DNA of 64,000 nucleotides, taken from contig AP026144.1 in assembly GCA_030295235.1 (NCBI GenBank), forward strand, positions 124,001 through 188,000. The letters run 5' to 3'. The notes under the pieces were generated by a model, which saw nothing but the letters and a program-made list of their open reading frames with translations, was not told the DNA's origin and made no database searches. Positions 1 to 12,136 of this stretch are shown piece after piece; positions within the stretch are counted from its first letter, which is position 1; each line of letters starts with the position of its first letter. The translations under genes were made by a program, and so were the position numbers. The DNA comes from Fistulifera solaris. Taxonomy: Eukaryota.

Positions 1-1209
1 TCAATGTGCACAAAAGTAGGGTAGCATCGTCTTTGTTTCTATGTACAGTCAGTTCTGCAGCACACAATGTGCCTTGTGTCGTTTCGAAATGCTTCTGCTT
101 CTGCTTCAGTTCAGCTCCACCGAGAAAGGACAGCGTAGATTCTAATCCTCGCGAGGTGGTCTTCCACATAGTAGCATTCCATTGGGCTGGGGGCGCCGTA
201 TTCTCTTCAAACGATATAGTCACGAAGCTTGATTCAGCTGGTTTCGGACACACACGTGCGCATGCCAAGTGCGGTTGGGCAATCGTTCCTAACAAACGAC
301 GGGAAGTATGACTGATATCCTCTTCTTGGCTCCATACTTTGACAATAACGTCACCTCCAACCTCGTCCAAGCCCCACGTCAACCAACCCGAGTCCATCGT
401 AGCCAATCCAATTCCTGCATAGGACAAAGCCGAAAAGGAATACAAGACTCCGCCGGCGGATTGTCGATCCGTCACACGTAGATCATAAATACGCACCGTT
501 CCCCGGGCATCAAGAACCGCACATTCGTGAGGCTCAAGCCCCGGAGCCGTTTGCACGTATGGAGCGATAGCATCCCTTTCCGTATGCCAAACCGCAATGA
601 AGGACGAGATGGATGGCTCCGCAAGTCCCATGCGGCGAGGGCCGTGGCCGTAGCCGCCGTGACCACTGGACCGGGATACCAAGCTAACGAAACAATGGAA
701 GCCCGAGATTCCATCCCCAAACGTCCCCACAAGGGACTCAACCGAAGCCCGCTCACGTCCCACACAAGAACACCGTTCCCTTGCGCGGATGCGAGCAGTA
801 AATTGGATTGCGGCAGCGGATTCTGCGGCACAGCGGAAAATGCCAGAGAGACCGGAGCGGGCAAAGCGCGGTTTAACATCATGACAGGTTTGTGCATTTC
901 TTCCATTGAAAAGAGAGCAACACCATGCGGTCCTGCCACGGCTCCTAACGCGTTTCCTTCGAGTGTTGTGCAGCAGGCGAGTGCTTTGGGTTGAAACTTT
1001 TCATAACTTGCCAACGATTGAAACCGTGATTCCAGGGGAGACGCCGCGAATGCATTTTCAAACAGGGTACGCGTCGGTGTTGTCGCGGAAGATGAAAATT
1101 GTTGCTGCTGCTGTTGTTTCATGAAGAAATGAGGTAAATCTCGAGTATTGTTGTGTTCCGGAGAAGCAGGAAGTTGCGTCTGTAACGCGAGGCGAGAGGG
1201 AGAACTCAT
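1..1209 (-). CDS. WD40-repeat protein, 5' part (runs off the left edge); 1-bp frameshift near 575
   Basis: ORF 472..1209 has WD-type units (LLASAQGNGVLVWD, SLAWYP..AAWDLR). After a shift near 575 the frame continues DAIAPYVQ..GTVRIYDLR..VIVKVW open to position 1. Confidence 0.7.
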
Positions 1210-1786
1210 ATTTGTTGATTGATGATTTCTATTGTCGTATTTTTAAGACTGGAGGTGTCAGCACGACATGGCCCTCTGTTTTCTTTAAATTAGATACGAA
1301 CAGCCGATGATCACAAAGGAAAAAGAAATGATGTTGAGTATTTGTAATGTGTAATACTGGTATCGTATCCGTCGATCTTTCTTTTGCGTATTATGGGCGC
1401 AAATTGCAAAATCCCTACAAAAACTAGAGAACGAGCTTCTACTGTATCTACACTTAGTCCGTCCGCCCGTCCGTCATGTCAATGAACTTTTTTATTTCAA
1501 TGCAATAAGGTTTGCACGTCGATCGTCGATATTGTTTATTCATTCGCTTTGATGGGTCACTGTGCGACTTTTGAATCTTCTACCCAACACATCACTGTAG
1601 AATAAAAAGTAGTCTGGACGTTTTGCCATCATCACCTCTTCCTCCTCCGCACGAAAGTTCAGAAAAACCGAAACTCCGCGACGTGTCCAAACATGCCAAT
1701 CTTCTCGACGAAAATATTCTCGCGCATCTTTTCACATTCCTGCGCTATCTCACTTTTGTCACTCCACCTTCATCATCAACGACAAC

Positions 1787-3460
1787 ATGACACGTTACGG
1801 AAGTATTCCTGTTGTTACAAATGCCCACGAAGCAGTGGCTTTTCTAGAAACAGCCGACGAAAGTATCTCGATCGAACACGAACGACAAAACCGTCGTCGA
1901 ACGCCCCTTCTTCTCTTGGCTGCATTTGCATTGGGATGCGTTGCTTACATTGTAGTACCGTCTGCTTCCTGGACGACAGCATACATGATGATGCACGGAA
2001 CTCCCTATCATCGCAAACGTCATTTACTTGACAACAAACTCGATGGGAAAGAAATGTGGTATCCTCATCAGTCGGTTGATCAACTCGATCCTAAGGATCA
2101 TCGCACTTGGTCGCATCGTTTCTATAAAGTATCAAAACACTTTCAGGGACCAGGACATCCCATCTTTGTCGTCATTAGTGGCGAAGATGATCTTGATAGT
2201 CTGCTCTATCCTTTTATTGAAGAAGGTATGGCCTCCAAATTTGGTGCCTTTGTGATTGAGCCGGAACATCGTTTCTACGGCAAGTCACGTCCTCTCAAAC
2301 ACGAATCAGTGGCAAAGTATTCGCATTACTTGAGTCCAGATCAAGCTCTCCTCGATCTGGTGCAGCTTGTACAAGCCACACGCATGGAGCTCGGTTGCAG
2401 TTTATCACGCACCAGTCCCAAGTACTGCCCGGTCATTACCGTCGGAGGATCGTATCCTGGTTATCTAAGTGCCATGGCGCGTTTCTTGTTCCCCGATTAC
2501 ATTGATATGTCCTACGCGAGCAGTGCACCAGTGCAATTGTACAGTCAAAATGTCGATGCTTACTCCTACTATGACAAGGTTTCGGATGTTGCCGAAGCCA
2601 TGTCACCGGGTTGTCGGGATGCCAGTCGTCGCTTGCTCGACGAGCTCCGTGAAACCGTTCTCAATAGCGATTGGTCGGTCCATCAAGCGGCGGAGAAGTT
2701 AGGATATTGCTCCCATACGCTTCCTTCTTACTTTCATGATCTCGAAACGTTGGTCGAAGAAGGGGTCGTCTACATTGTTCCGGCCATTTTTGCCGAATTC
2801 AACATGTTCTCCTATCCACCTGGTCCCAAGACACAGAATGCACGTGTTTGCGAGATCTTCAAAAACGAGTCTCTCACGGCTTTTGAGAAGTTCCACGGAT
2901 TCTTTAGTATTCGTGGTGGACTCGTTAAACGCAAGGATGGTTCGTCCTGCTTTGATATGATGTCGGAGATGCCCGCTGGCAAGCATTCCCGTCTCATGGG
3001 CAGTGATTGGAGTGGCACGGGAGAAGGTCGCACGGGACTTATTTGGGAATTCCAGTGCTGCACCGATTTGGTCATTCGCACTGGTTACTCCAACGCCAGT
3101 ATGTTCTATCCCCGTGAGTTCAGTTATGAATGGCTCGAGGATCATTGTGCTGCTCGATTTCCTGGCTTTCACTGGAATCCTATGCGATTGCAGAACGAAT
3201 GGAACTTTGATCAAATGGAGGGGGCTTCTAACATTGTCTTTACCAATGGAATGAACGACGGGTGGGCCGTGACGGGAAGCTTCTTGCATGATCTGAGTGA
3301 CACTGTATTGGCGATTAACATTGAAGATGGAGCGCATCATTCAGATCTGGGACCTAAATACCCAAACGTAGATGATACAGTTGCTGTGAAAAATGCCCAA
3401 GAGCAAGTCATGGATATTTTAGACAAGTGGCTGAACGAAATCAAAGCCGGACAAGTCTAG
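1787..3460 (+). CDS. Peptidase S28 family serine carboxypeptidase (prolylcarboxypeptidase/DPP2-like), N-terminal membrane anchor
   Basis: EHRFYGKS, QALLD, nucleophile GGSYPG, ASSAPV, NIVFTNGMND and catalytic GAHHSDL motifs; hydrophobic segment near residues 40-58. Confidence 0.92.
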   Translation: MTRYGSIPVVTNAHEAVAFLETADESISIEHERQNRRRTPLLLLAAFALGCVAYIVVPSASWTTAYMMMHGTPYHRKRHLLDNKLDGKEMWYPHQSVDQLDPKDHRTWSHRFYKVSKHFQGPGHPIFVVISGEDDLDSLLYPFIEEGMASKFGAFVIEPEHRFYGKSRPLKHESVAKYSHYLSPDQALLDLVQLVQATRMELGCSLSRTSPKYCPVITVGGSYPGYLSAMARFLFPDYIDMSYASSAPVQLYSQNVDAYSYYDKVSDVAEAMSPGCRDASRRLLDELRETVLNSDWSVHQAAEKLGYCSHTLPSYFHDLETLVEEGVVYIVPAIFAEFNMFSYPPGPKTQNARVCEIFKNESLTAFEKFHGFFSIRGGLVKRKDGSSCFDMMSEMPAGKHSRLMGSDWSGTGEGRTGLIWEFQCCTDLVIRTGYSNASMFYPREFSYEWLEDHCAARFPGFHWNPMRLQNEWNFDQMEGASNIVFTNGMNDGWAVTGSFLHDLSDTVLAINIEDGAHHSDLGPKYPNVDDTVAVKNAQEQVMDILDKWLNEIKAGQV

Positions 3461-3647
3461 ATTAAGGAAGTAACGCAATCGTGAGATAGACTCGAGACAA
3501 GTTCTGTACTGCTAAGTGATAGCGAATTCTTCCGATTAGCTGAATAATTTGCTTTAAAATCGACAACGCGTTGCTGTAGTAAAGGTTACATTATAGACAG
3601 TAATTAGTTTACAATGAAAGGCATCGCCAATCAAAGGCTCGCTTTCT

Positions 3648-4401
3648 TCACGCAGCTGCAGCACCGCACGTTCGGGTCGAACTGATGGATCGGACGATCA
3701 ACATATTGTGGAAGTTCATGTATTCCTCCAACAGCGCTGTACTGAACGCAGATGCCACTTCTTCCATTTTCATCAAGGTCGCTGTTTCCTTTACACAGCG
3801 TAGAACGAGAATTTGCATGGCACGCTGCTGCATCTTCATGTATTCATCTACGATGTTAAAATCGTAAAGAAACGAGTCGACACTGGACAAAGACAGTGAC
3901 CATAACTCATGAGCACCCGCGAGTACTCCCCTCCAAGCTGGATTGCTTCGTGTCTGCGCTGATGTAGGCACTCGCCATGTTATTCAGCACTGTAGCAACC
4001 ACAACATCCACATGATACGCTTTCGTCGCAAAATCATGAGGCGCCGAAAATTGTATCAGGTAGCACTTGAAAGACATATTATCTTGCATTGCATTCTCGT
4101 CCAGCTCACTTCTTGCGATTGTAATGAGATCGTCGTCTGAAAGTATGAAAGGTGAAGCAAAAGCCCCGGTTTGTGCTGCACGAACTTGGTGCTGATTGAA
4201 GTTTGCGATATACTGATTTGCCTTGGACACAAAGGTATGCGCAGCATCCTCACAAGGGTGACCGCTTTTCAACAATGTTAGAGCATCGCAAAAGATTTCG
4301 ATTGCTTTTGCGTGACATCGTTTGTCAATAAGTGAAACAGCGATGTTATTTAAGGTCATCGCCATATTGAAGCAGGCTATGTCATCGCTTGTAGGTTGCA
4401 T
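3648..4401 (-). CDS. Diatom orphan helical (TPR-like) protein of the 'LNNxAVSL...AAAA-stop' family; frameshift near 3930
   Basis: N-terminal AMTLNNIAVSLI..AIEIFCDAL, internal VLNNMASAY, C-terminal TCGAAAA* in the adjacent frame (ORF 3648..3971); clear paralog at 26904-27680. Confidence 0.7.
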
Positions 4402-4771
4402 CGTCTCTTGATGATGGAGAAAACGAAGTTTTCTCGTCAGCTTCAGGTGAAGTGTCGGCCTTTGCTTCCAGTTACAGGAAAATTATAATGGGCTTGCTGA
4501 TTTGCCATTTGCCTCGCTTTTTTCTTCTTTTCTCCGCCCATGTACTTATTGCTTTTAGATTTGACTATTGACGTAGCACAAACCCAAGTCGAAAACCGAA
4601 CTGTTTCGATGAGTGCATGAGTGTGTATGAGGTACGAGTTTCTCGGAGTTATTTGAAAACACCGCAATCCATAAGAAGCAATACTGCAACTGCAGAAACC
4701 AACACGTACCGAACCCATCGCGGAGAAACACAAAGAAGAAAAACCATAAATTCACATGTATTGTTTTGCTT

Positions 4772-5236
4772 ATACCGTAATACCGTAGTCCAGTAGTCCA
4801 AGGTGCTGGCAGCTCGGAGTATACGCGATCTGAGATCTGAGAGCTGAGATCTTGCAATCCGAAATGGATACTGGATACTCGGACGACTACTACCCGGTTT
4901 ATGCATGATTAATGATTGGTAGGAAATCAGGAAATCCTATAAAAGTAACTCCGATATTCTCAATAGAGTAGTGTACCGACAGTCATCAGTCACCAGGTCA
5001 CCAGTCACCAGTCATCAGTCATGAGTGGTTGAGAGTGCGGTGGGGAGTGGGGAGGGAAAAGGGAAAAGTGATCCCATAAATCCATAACCTTCCACGTGCC
5101 ACGTAGATATTTACAGGTAGGTTCCACATGTAAGACCACCAGCGACAAGACAACGAAGAAAAAAGTAGCCAAGAGCCAAGAGTGTCAGCAGTCAGCGGTT
5201 AGCTCGTTAGCTCTCGGCTCTCGGCTATCGGCTATC
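4772..5236. repeat. Cluster of unrelated 7-8 bp tandem duplications
   Basis: For example gatctga x2 (4827), ggatact x2 (4866), aggaaatc x2 (4921), cagtca(c/t) x~6 (4980-5022), gtgggga x2 (5040), gggaaaa x2 (5054), agccaag x2 (5167), tcggct(c/a) x3 (5214). Confidence 0.85.
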
Positions 5237-5874
5237 ACGTACGGAGTGCAACCTACAAATAATAGGGATGTGACCTGGGCGAAGACAACTTTTTGGTTTT
5301 TGAGACTCGAGAATTCCGTCTCTAGAATATGTCGAAGCTTGCCTTTCGTCTCTAATCAGTTTGGAAGTAGCTACGGTACCACTTGTCAACCAGCAGGTAG
5401 CAGCATCGGCCATCGGCTATTTCACTTGTCAGACGCTAGACATGAGCCACATCAGGTTTATTATAAAGATGAGATCTGAGATGCTGTCAAATGCGAGTTT
5501 TCAAGTTATCGCTCTCTACCGACATATGGCTGTGACTATTGCTAGGTCAAAACTCGACTTGGACAACTTTAATTGTATGTGCCATGTGCCATCTTATATT
5601 TGATGCTTGATGCGTCGAGACTCGAGACGCTGATGATGGTTCAATGATACTGGTACAGTACAGGGTATCGTCGGATCCTTGGCTTACTTGCACCAAAGTA
5701 GAAGTGTCGGACCGGGCATTTTGCCTACAGAGTTCAGTACCGCACGCAAATCTCCGCCGATGCATTTGCACCTTCATCGCCCCACAGCGGTGCACATGCT
5801 ATTCGATTCGATTTTTGGCAATGATATGGTAATCTACCATCCATTGTAACGAGCATTGCTTCCCAAACCCAAAA

Positions 5875-7824
5875 ATGGAAACAAATTACCAATCGTTTGC
5901 TCCTCCTGATCCGTTGGAGTCGATTCCGTCATCGATTTCTCATTCGGGCTGTTCCGAACCAACGACGTCAACGGCTCAACATTCATATCGAGGCTTCTCT
6001 ACTTCAATTGCGGCTATTTTTCAAGATGAAGAGTATGCTGCGACTGATTGTTGTAGTTTGACGTGCTGTGGATTGATACAGTCGGATCGAGATCGCTTTT
6101 TAGTCACGGGCGTGCGACCTCCAACACCCTGTAAACGCATCAGTGTGCATTTTGTGTTGCCCCTGGTCCTCTTTTTTACCGCTGGATTACTGGCGGTGCA
6201 TATCCCGGAACATACATTCAATGAAATAGCCTGTACTGCTGTCGTATTGATGATTGTTGCTTATTTCATGGTACAATGCTACAAGGGAAGTCTAAAACGA
6301 AGGTTTGTGCGAAAGCAGTTGTTGCGGACAAAATATGAAATGATGCACGAAGGGCATTCCTCTGCATCATCGCAACATACACAAGATACAGAAGATGAAA
6401 ACAGCGATCACGGATACAAACCAGAACACCATTTGGGTCAACGGAAAAGCGATCTGCGGTGCGCTCATCCCTGTTGGATGATCGGATGTTATGCGCAAGA
6501 TCAAGCACACGATGACGACGAAGAAACGGACCTAAAACGACCGCAAACACTTTGTTCTTGGTTGTACTACTGGTGCTTTCCTTCCCCTCTCGCTGGATAT
6601 CATGTGCAAGTATGTGGAAGTTGTGCAATGGCACAAGAAGCTCGTGAACTCGCTCGCATTTTACCCCCTGCCGATCGACAAATTGATTACATTACCATGC
6701 AACCCTATCGGGACTATGCCAGCGGCAACAAACTATCCCAACTATCATGGCAATTGATTACATGGGCTTGTATATTTGTATTCGTCTTGATTCTTTGGTG
6801 CATGATAGGTCCCTGGTACATGAAACACGTCGTCATTGACAATCGGGCGAGTCGACATGTATTCGGGTGGATCGATCTGGGTATCTTCTTCTTGACATGG
6901 GGTGAGGCTATTGGATTGTTATTTGTATTTGCTAAATTTCTGAGCAAGCCAGAACCTTCACAACTCAGTGTAGACGCCATGATCAAGTTCTTTGCCGCTG
7001 GTTTTTGCTTGTCGACTTTCTTGGCGGTGGTCTGGCAAGTCTTTTTGGGCTTACTGGTGCAGACCATCATTGTATTAGCAATGGCTGTTGCGGGTGTGGA
7101 AGCAGTGGATTCTCCTGGAACCAACGGTTCCTCCTTCTTGAAAAATGCATTTGCACAGAACCCCTGGACCTTGATGAGTGCTTCCGATTTTATCGATTCA
7201 GTACAACACGATCATCCTATCTTTGCCTTGTTTTATATATTTTTTGCCACTTTCATTTTGGCTGCCATGGTGGAAGAACTGTGTAAGTATTACGGATATC
7301 GCATGTGCGAACACCCAGACTTGTTGTTCAACCAGAACGACAAATCCAAGCAAGCGCGCGGAGCTGCTATTACGATGGCCATGTTATCGACCGCCATGGG
7401 ATTTACTTGCTGTGAAAATTTGGTCTATGTCTTTGTCTACGGTGGCACAAGCACACAATTGGAATTTTCGATATTGTTCGCTCGGAGTTTGTTTCCTGTG
7501 CACCCATTAGCCGCTGCTCTACAAAGCTTGGGTGTTGTAGAACGAGATGTGGAGGCCCCCGCCACTACTCAAACGAAAAGCAAGCGATTCTGGGATTTTG
7601 TTATTCTCGGACCGGCCATCCTATTTCATGGGTTTTATGATTTCTTGATAGTGTGGCTGGATTATTTGGGGAGCGGGAATTGGACGCGACTGGAGTCAGT
7701 GGGGAGTTTTCTCGTTTTGTCAGCCTCATTAGCGTATTACATCAAGATGCGACGAAAGCAGCAGCAGCGATTGCAGCGACTAGACCGAGCCATGAATGCG
7801 ACTTCCACGACAAATGTAGTGTAA
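5875..7824 (+). CDS. PrsW-family intramembrane glutamic/metalloprotease with N-terminal PLAC8-like Cys-rich region
   Basis: PrsW motifs VEELCKY, GFTCCEN, PVH and HGFYD in a multi-TM C-terminal half; DCCSLTCCG and CAMAQEAREL resemble PLAC8 signatures. Confidence 0.8.
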   Translation: METNYQSFAPPDPLESIPSSISHSGCSEPTTSTAQHSYRGFSTSIAAIFQDEEYAATDCCSLTCCGLIQSDRDRFLVTGVRPPTPCKRISVHFVLPLVLFFTAGLLAVHIPEHTFNEIACTAVVLMIVAYFMVQCYKGSLKRRFVRKQLLRTKYEMMHEGHSSASSQHTQDTEDENSDHGYKPEHHLGQRKSDLRCAHPCWMIGCYAQDQAHDDDEETDLKRPQTLCSWLYYWCFPSPLAGYHVQVCGSCAMAQEARELARILPPADRQIDYITMQPYRDYASGNKLSQLSWQLITWACIFVFVLILWCMIGPWYMKHVVIDNRASRHVFGWIDLGIFFLTWGEAIGLLFVFAKFLSKPEPSQLSVDAMIKFFAAGFCLSTFLAVVWQVFLGLLVQTIIVLAMAVAGVEAVDSPGTNGSSFLKNAFAQNPWTLMSASDFIDSVQHDHPIFALFYIFFATFILAAMVEELCKYYGYRMCEHPDLLFNQNDKSKQARGAAITMAMLSTAMGFTCCENLVYVFVYGGTSTQLEFSILFARSLFPVHPLAAALQSLGVVERDVEAPATTQTKSKRFWDFVILGPAILFHGFYDFLIVWLDYLGSGNWTRLESVGSFLVLSASLAYYIKMRRKQQQRLQRLDRAMNATSTTNVV

Positions 7825-7925
7825 TGTGGCACGGTGTTCGCGGCTTCGCATAAGTTTAACAACGTTTTTGTATTACATGCACCTAATCTAGATGACATAA
7901 GTATCCTATTTGAGTAAGTTTCCTG

Positions 7926-8837
7926 TTAAGGCCAGTCTTCCAAATGAAGACTCGGCCACGGCAGTCCAGGCCTCGACCAATACGAAACGGAATCGACGCC
8001 CAAACAGGCTGATCCCAAATACACCAAGCCAGCTGTATTGTGTAACAAATCATCGGTCATTCCAGCATTGAGTGGTTGATCGGTGAATTGGATGGGTGCT
8101 TGCACACGAATGCAACGATCGATCAACTTTTGTTGAAGAAATTGTTGTGCGGTGAACGGACCTCCTTCGATCATGAGATGATGGACTTTGAACTCGTCTG
8201 ATAGAATATGCAGGACGGCAGTGAGTGAAATGCTTCCATCCTCGGTCGTGGGGACACGTCGAAAGTGTACCGCTTCCGAAAGATATTTTTTTATCGTCGT
8301 TGTTGTTGTTGTTGCGTCAATTGTGTAAAAGACGACCGTTTTGTATCCATCGTAAAAGAGCTGATACGAAGGAGCTGACGGCGATGGTCGGCAAAACAAG
8401 GAGAGAGATGGATCAAGAACGACCCGCAAGGGTTGCTGAGTGACTGTGACATTCCTACGGACTAATAAACTGGGATCGTCGGCTTGTACGGTCCCTTTTC
8501 CGACTAGGACGGCTTGACAAGAAGCTCGTAACCGATGCACCATATCTAGGGATGCGTCGCATGTAAAACGCTCTTGTACTTTAGCTCCCAAATCCGCAGC
8601 AGCACCTTTTGCGTCTACAGCGATTTTGAGTGTTATCCCGTGTATTGAACGAGTGCTAAAGCTTTCATTCTGTTTCGCATTGCGGTCACTAGAAAATGAG
8701 ACAGTTCGGTTTATTTTCTTGTAACGTCGTCGAATGCGAAAAGGAACAGGAATCGTCCAAGCCCCCGCTTCTAGAAACAGAAGACAGCCACTGCCTGACA
8801 GCAAGAGAATGAAATAGAATCGTGTCGCTGATAGCAT
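7926..8837 (-). CDS. RibD C-terminal (pyrimidine reductase/DHFR-fold) domain protein, probably plastid-targeted
   Basis: HRLRA..AVLVGKGTVQADDPSLLVR..PLRVVLD and LMIEGG motifs; signal peptide from ATG 8837 ending AGA-W. Confidence 0.85.
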   Translation of the reverse strand: MLSATRFYFILLLSGSGCLLFLEAGAWTIPVPFRIRRRYKKINRTVSFSSDRNAKQNESFSTRSIHGITLKIAVDAKGAAADLGAKVQERFTCDASLDMVHRLRASCQAVLVGKGTVQADDPSLLVRRNVTVTQQPLRVVLDPSLSLFCRPSPSAPSYQLFYDGYKTVVFYTIDATTTTTTIKKYLSEAVHFRRVPTTEDGSISLTAVLHILSDEFKVHHLMIEGGPFTAQQFLQQKLIDRCIRVQAPIQFTDQPLNAGMTDDLLHNTAGLVYLGSACLGVDSVSYWSRPGLPWPSLHLEDWP

Positions 8838-9728
8838 GATGATAGTTTTTCCCCCATCAATGTCATGTGAGAAAAATGCGAAACAAAAGACGAAGGGCCA
8901 CGAGCATTCCGAATTTTCGTCCACAATAAACTTCCGGGACTGAAAAGAACTTCAGTCGGAGGGAAAGGGAAAAGGAGCTTGCATGTCACGCTACCTGGTA
9001 TAGTAAATGCTGATGGAATTTCACGAGATGAGTAGACGCAAGTTCTTCCGCAATAGATAGTCAACAACCGAGTAATGATTGATGCATTTATAAATCAACA
9101 AAGTGGACTATGCCTTGGGCGCTTTATCTCCCGGACTGAAAATTTGAGTCGGCAGAAGAGGTCGCTTACACTTTACACTATAGTGATCATCCCTTTTTTC
9201 TAAAGCGATTGCCTGACGAAATTTGCTTTTCTTACAACGTAGCAACATCAATGACATAACTAACATCGAAAATAACGTCGTCAGTCTCAATACCATTGGA
9301 ATTGAATTTAGATGTTAATTAACATCATGGGGTCAAAAGTTTTGTACAAAGTCATTAATGTAACGCGACAGAGGCTGAAATTAGCTGAAGGCGGGCGAGA
9401 TAGTAAAGAATTACGCACAAGGCGCTCTCTAGTAAGCTTCTGACGTAGTTTAGTTGAGCCAAGACATTACTCCAAACATTGCTTAGTTGAGTCTTTTTCA
9501 CAAAGCACCAAGCCAAATCGAAAACATCAAAATAGCGGGCATTACCTGGTGTGACAAAAGACGTGCACGATGAACGGAACTCACTACTCAGAATTGTATT
9601 GTAGAAAACAGATATTACTGTTGGCACGGTTGCATTTCCATGCCCTTGTACTGAGTGTTGCATGTTTAGTTAATTCAGTCTATTAAAGCCACGTTCTTTG
9701 ATGTGGCTACAGTGACCAGATCGCTGGC

Positions 9729-11550
9729 TCAACTAATAGCTCGAAGCTCCAAATCGCCTCCCATCGTGTAACCGTCAGACCAGGCAGCTCTTCGGTAATT
9801 CCTCTGACCACGTCGTTCCTTGAAAAGACAGAACGCCAACAAGGCGAAAAGGGTCGCACCTACAACCAATGGAATGACAGATGCAGCATTGTCAGAGTTC
9901 TCCGATGGAATAGTCGGCGAACGGGGGGATGTGTGCGGCGGTACAACATTGCGATGCGGCGCCAAAGTAGGTTGATGAGATGGATCCTTTGTTGGAACGG
10001 GTATTGGAGCAGGACTTGCAGTCGTGCGTGGTATAGCTGTTTCCGTAGGGAAATTCGTTTCCGAAGAAAAGGGTGCTAATGACGATCCTTCTTCTTCAAA
10101 GTACGAAGGGGTCGGTGATTTGGTATAACCTTCGTCAATGGTTGGTGCGTAAGTGGGAAAAGGACTGCTGTTCGGGTTCATTGTGACACCGTTGTAAATA
10201 TCTATATCCTCGTCATCCGCACAAAGAGGCGAGCCATCATTCTCGGCAATCCGTTTGGGAGCTAAACCAACCTTGTTCTCATGAATGTCAAAAGCAACAA
10301 AGTTGCTTAAGAAAAACTGTTCTCCTAGCAACCATACGGAAAGGTTCTCATCGGGAAGCAATGTCAACAGACACCATTGGTCAACGTTCGAATCCAGATC
10401 CTCGACTTCGACTACTTCGTCCGTACTAAGCGGAGTGGTCATTTCCGTCAAATAGTACGCAACTCCATCGATATCGAAAACCAAAGCATCGACGGGAGAA
10501 TCACATGGACCAAAGCCGAACTCAAAAACAGTAGTATCGCAACTGACACTCTTCATGGCCCCCGATGCTTCTCCACGTGTGCCGCAATACCATCCCGGTG
10601 TTTGCTTCAAAAACGCTGCAACGACCGAAGATGGACCCAGAGAAAGGCCGCACTACTGTCTAACACCGCCGTTTCGACGAAGGGTAACTCGACGCCACCG
10701 ACCCGCGATGACTCGACTTTCAAGGCCCATAAAATGTCGACACCCATTTCGAGCGGTTGCACATCATGCCAGACAAGGCAGCCGGAATACAGAGTGCGAT
10801 CAATTCCTCCCAGTAGTATCTCGGATGATAATTCATCGCCCGTGAGATGCAATGCAAATATGGGACGAGGCAATGCATCGTGGAGCTGTTTAATGACCGT
10901 AGCAAAGTGTTCGACTTGACCTTCTCCGGTCAAGCCTTCATTGAGCGGACCCAAACCAAGATACCCATCCCACTGATTCGGACATGCCTGATCATAGTAT
11001 GATTCCATTTTATTAATGACGGCAAAGCCCTGTTCGGGTATTTGGATTTCATCGGTGAACGAAACTCGATCTTTGTACAGTAGCCCCGCTACCTGCAAAT
11101 TGAGGATGAAGAAAAGAAGAAAGAGTAATAAAGCAGTTAAAAAGACAAATCAACAAAATGTTCTTCAAACGGATCTGCGAACGTACTTGGTCTCCTCCAG
11201 TGACGGATTCGTACATGTTCTCCAAAGCGTTGTCGAACAAGGGCGTCGCGTTTGTTGCATCATATCGATTCGGTGTTTCTATGCAATCAACACAATCTTG
11301 GGATGTCACCCACAAATCCGTTGATGTCGTATCAACAACTAATTGAAATGGTTGTGTCCCGATGGTCACACTGACCGTGTAGAGCGGCATATCGTCATCG
11401 CACGGCTCGAGCGGCAGGGCATCGGCGTTGGCTTGTGCCTGGCGACGGCTCTTTTGATTCTTGCGTGCTCGAATCATCGTTTCTATCGTTTCTTTTCCAT
11501 CTGTTGTCAAAGAGGTCTTTGACCTCGAAAGAGAAAAGTCTTGTCATGGT
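9729..11550 (-). CDS. Pepsin-like (A1) aspartic protease with Pro/Ser/Thr stalk and C-terminal TM helix; intron 11093-11186, frameshift near 10640, start uncertain
   Basis: YTVSVTIGTQPFQLVVDTTSTDLWV, DGYLGLG, VLDSS and WLLGEQF..VAFDIHENKVGLA; the GT..AG intron joins GDQ to VAG in frame; TM segment VIPLVVGATLFALLAFCLF. Confidence 0.82.
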
Positions 11551-12136
11551 GAGATTTTTATATTGACTTGTATTGCTTCCCAGTGGCTCCGCAGTTATTG
11601 TTTGTTGTAGTGCGAAATGCGACGATTGTACCAGTAGCAGGCGCCTGGACGATATTTATTGTGTCTAACGTGCGTCCACGGAAAATCTGGGCAAGTGGTG
11701 CCTTCACGTACTCAGAAAATCTGTGGATGTGAAAATGTTCATGACTGAAAATTACTAGCGGCCTGTCTGATTAAAGTCTTCGATGCGAAATGCGAGTCAA
11801 AACGATTGTTTGTAGGTGTCTCGTGACTGAAAAACATTCGTGACGAGTTTCCACATTATTTTTAGCGCTTTGGTCAAAAGTCATGGAAGGGAAATCACCA
11901 GTAAAACGACGTTAAAACGAACAGTAAATTCCATATCGCTTCTCAACGGTAATAATTGATACAGAGGGCACTTATTAAATCATGAAACGACTATCCAATA
12001 GCAAGACCGGCCGGCGGATAGCACTTAGGAACTCACAAAGTGATGTGACAACACTTTGATAAACCGCAACGCACAACACACTAAAAAGCAACAGTCTCAT
12101 CATTCATTATTTGTACGGAGGATTATTTAAAACACA

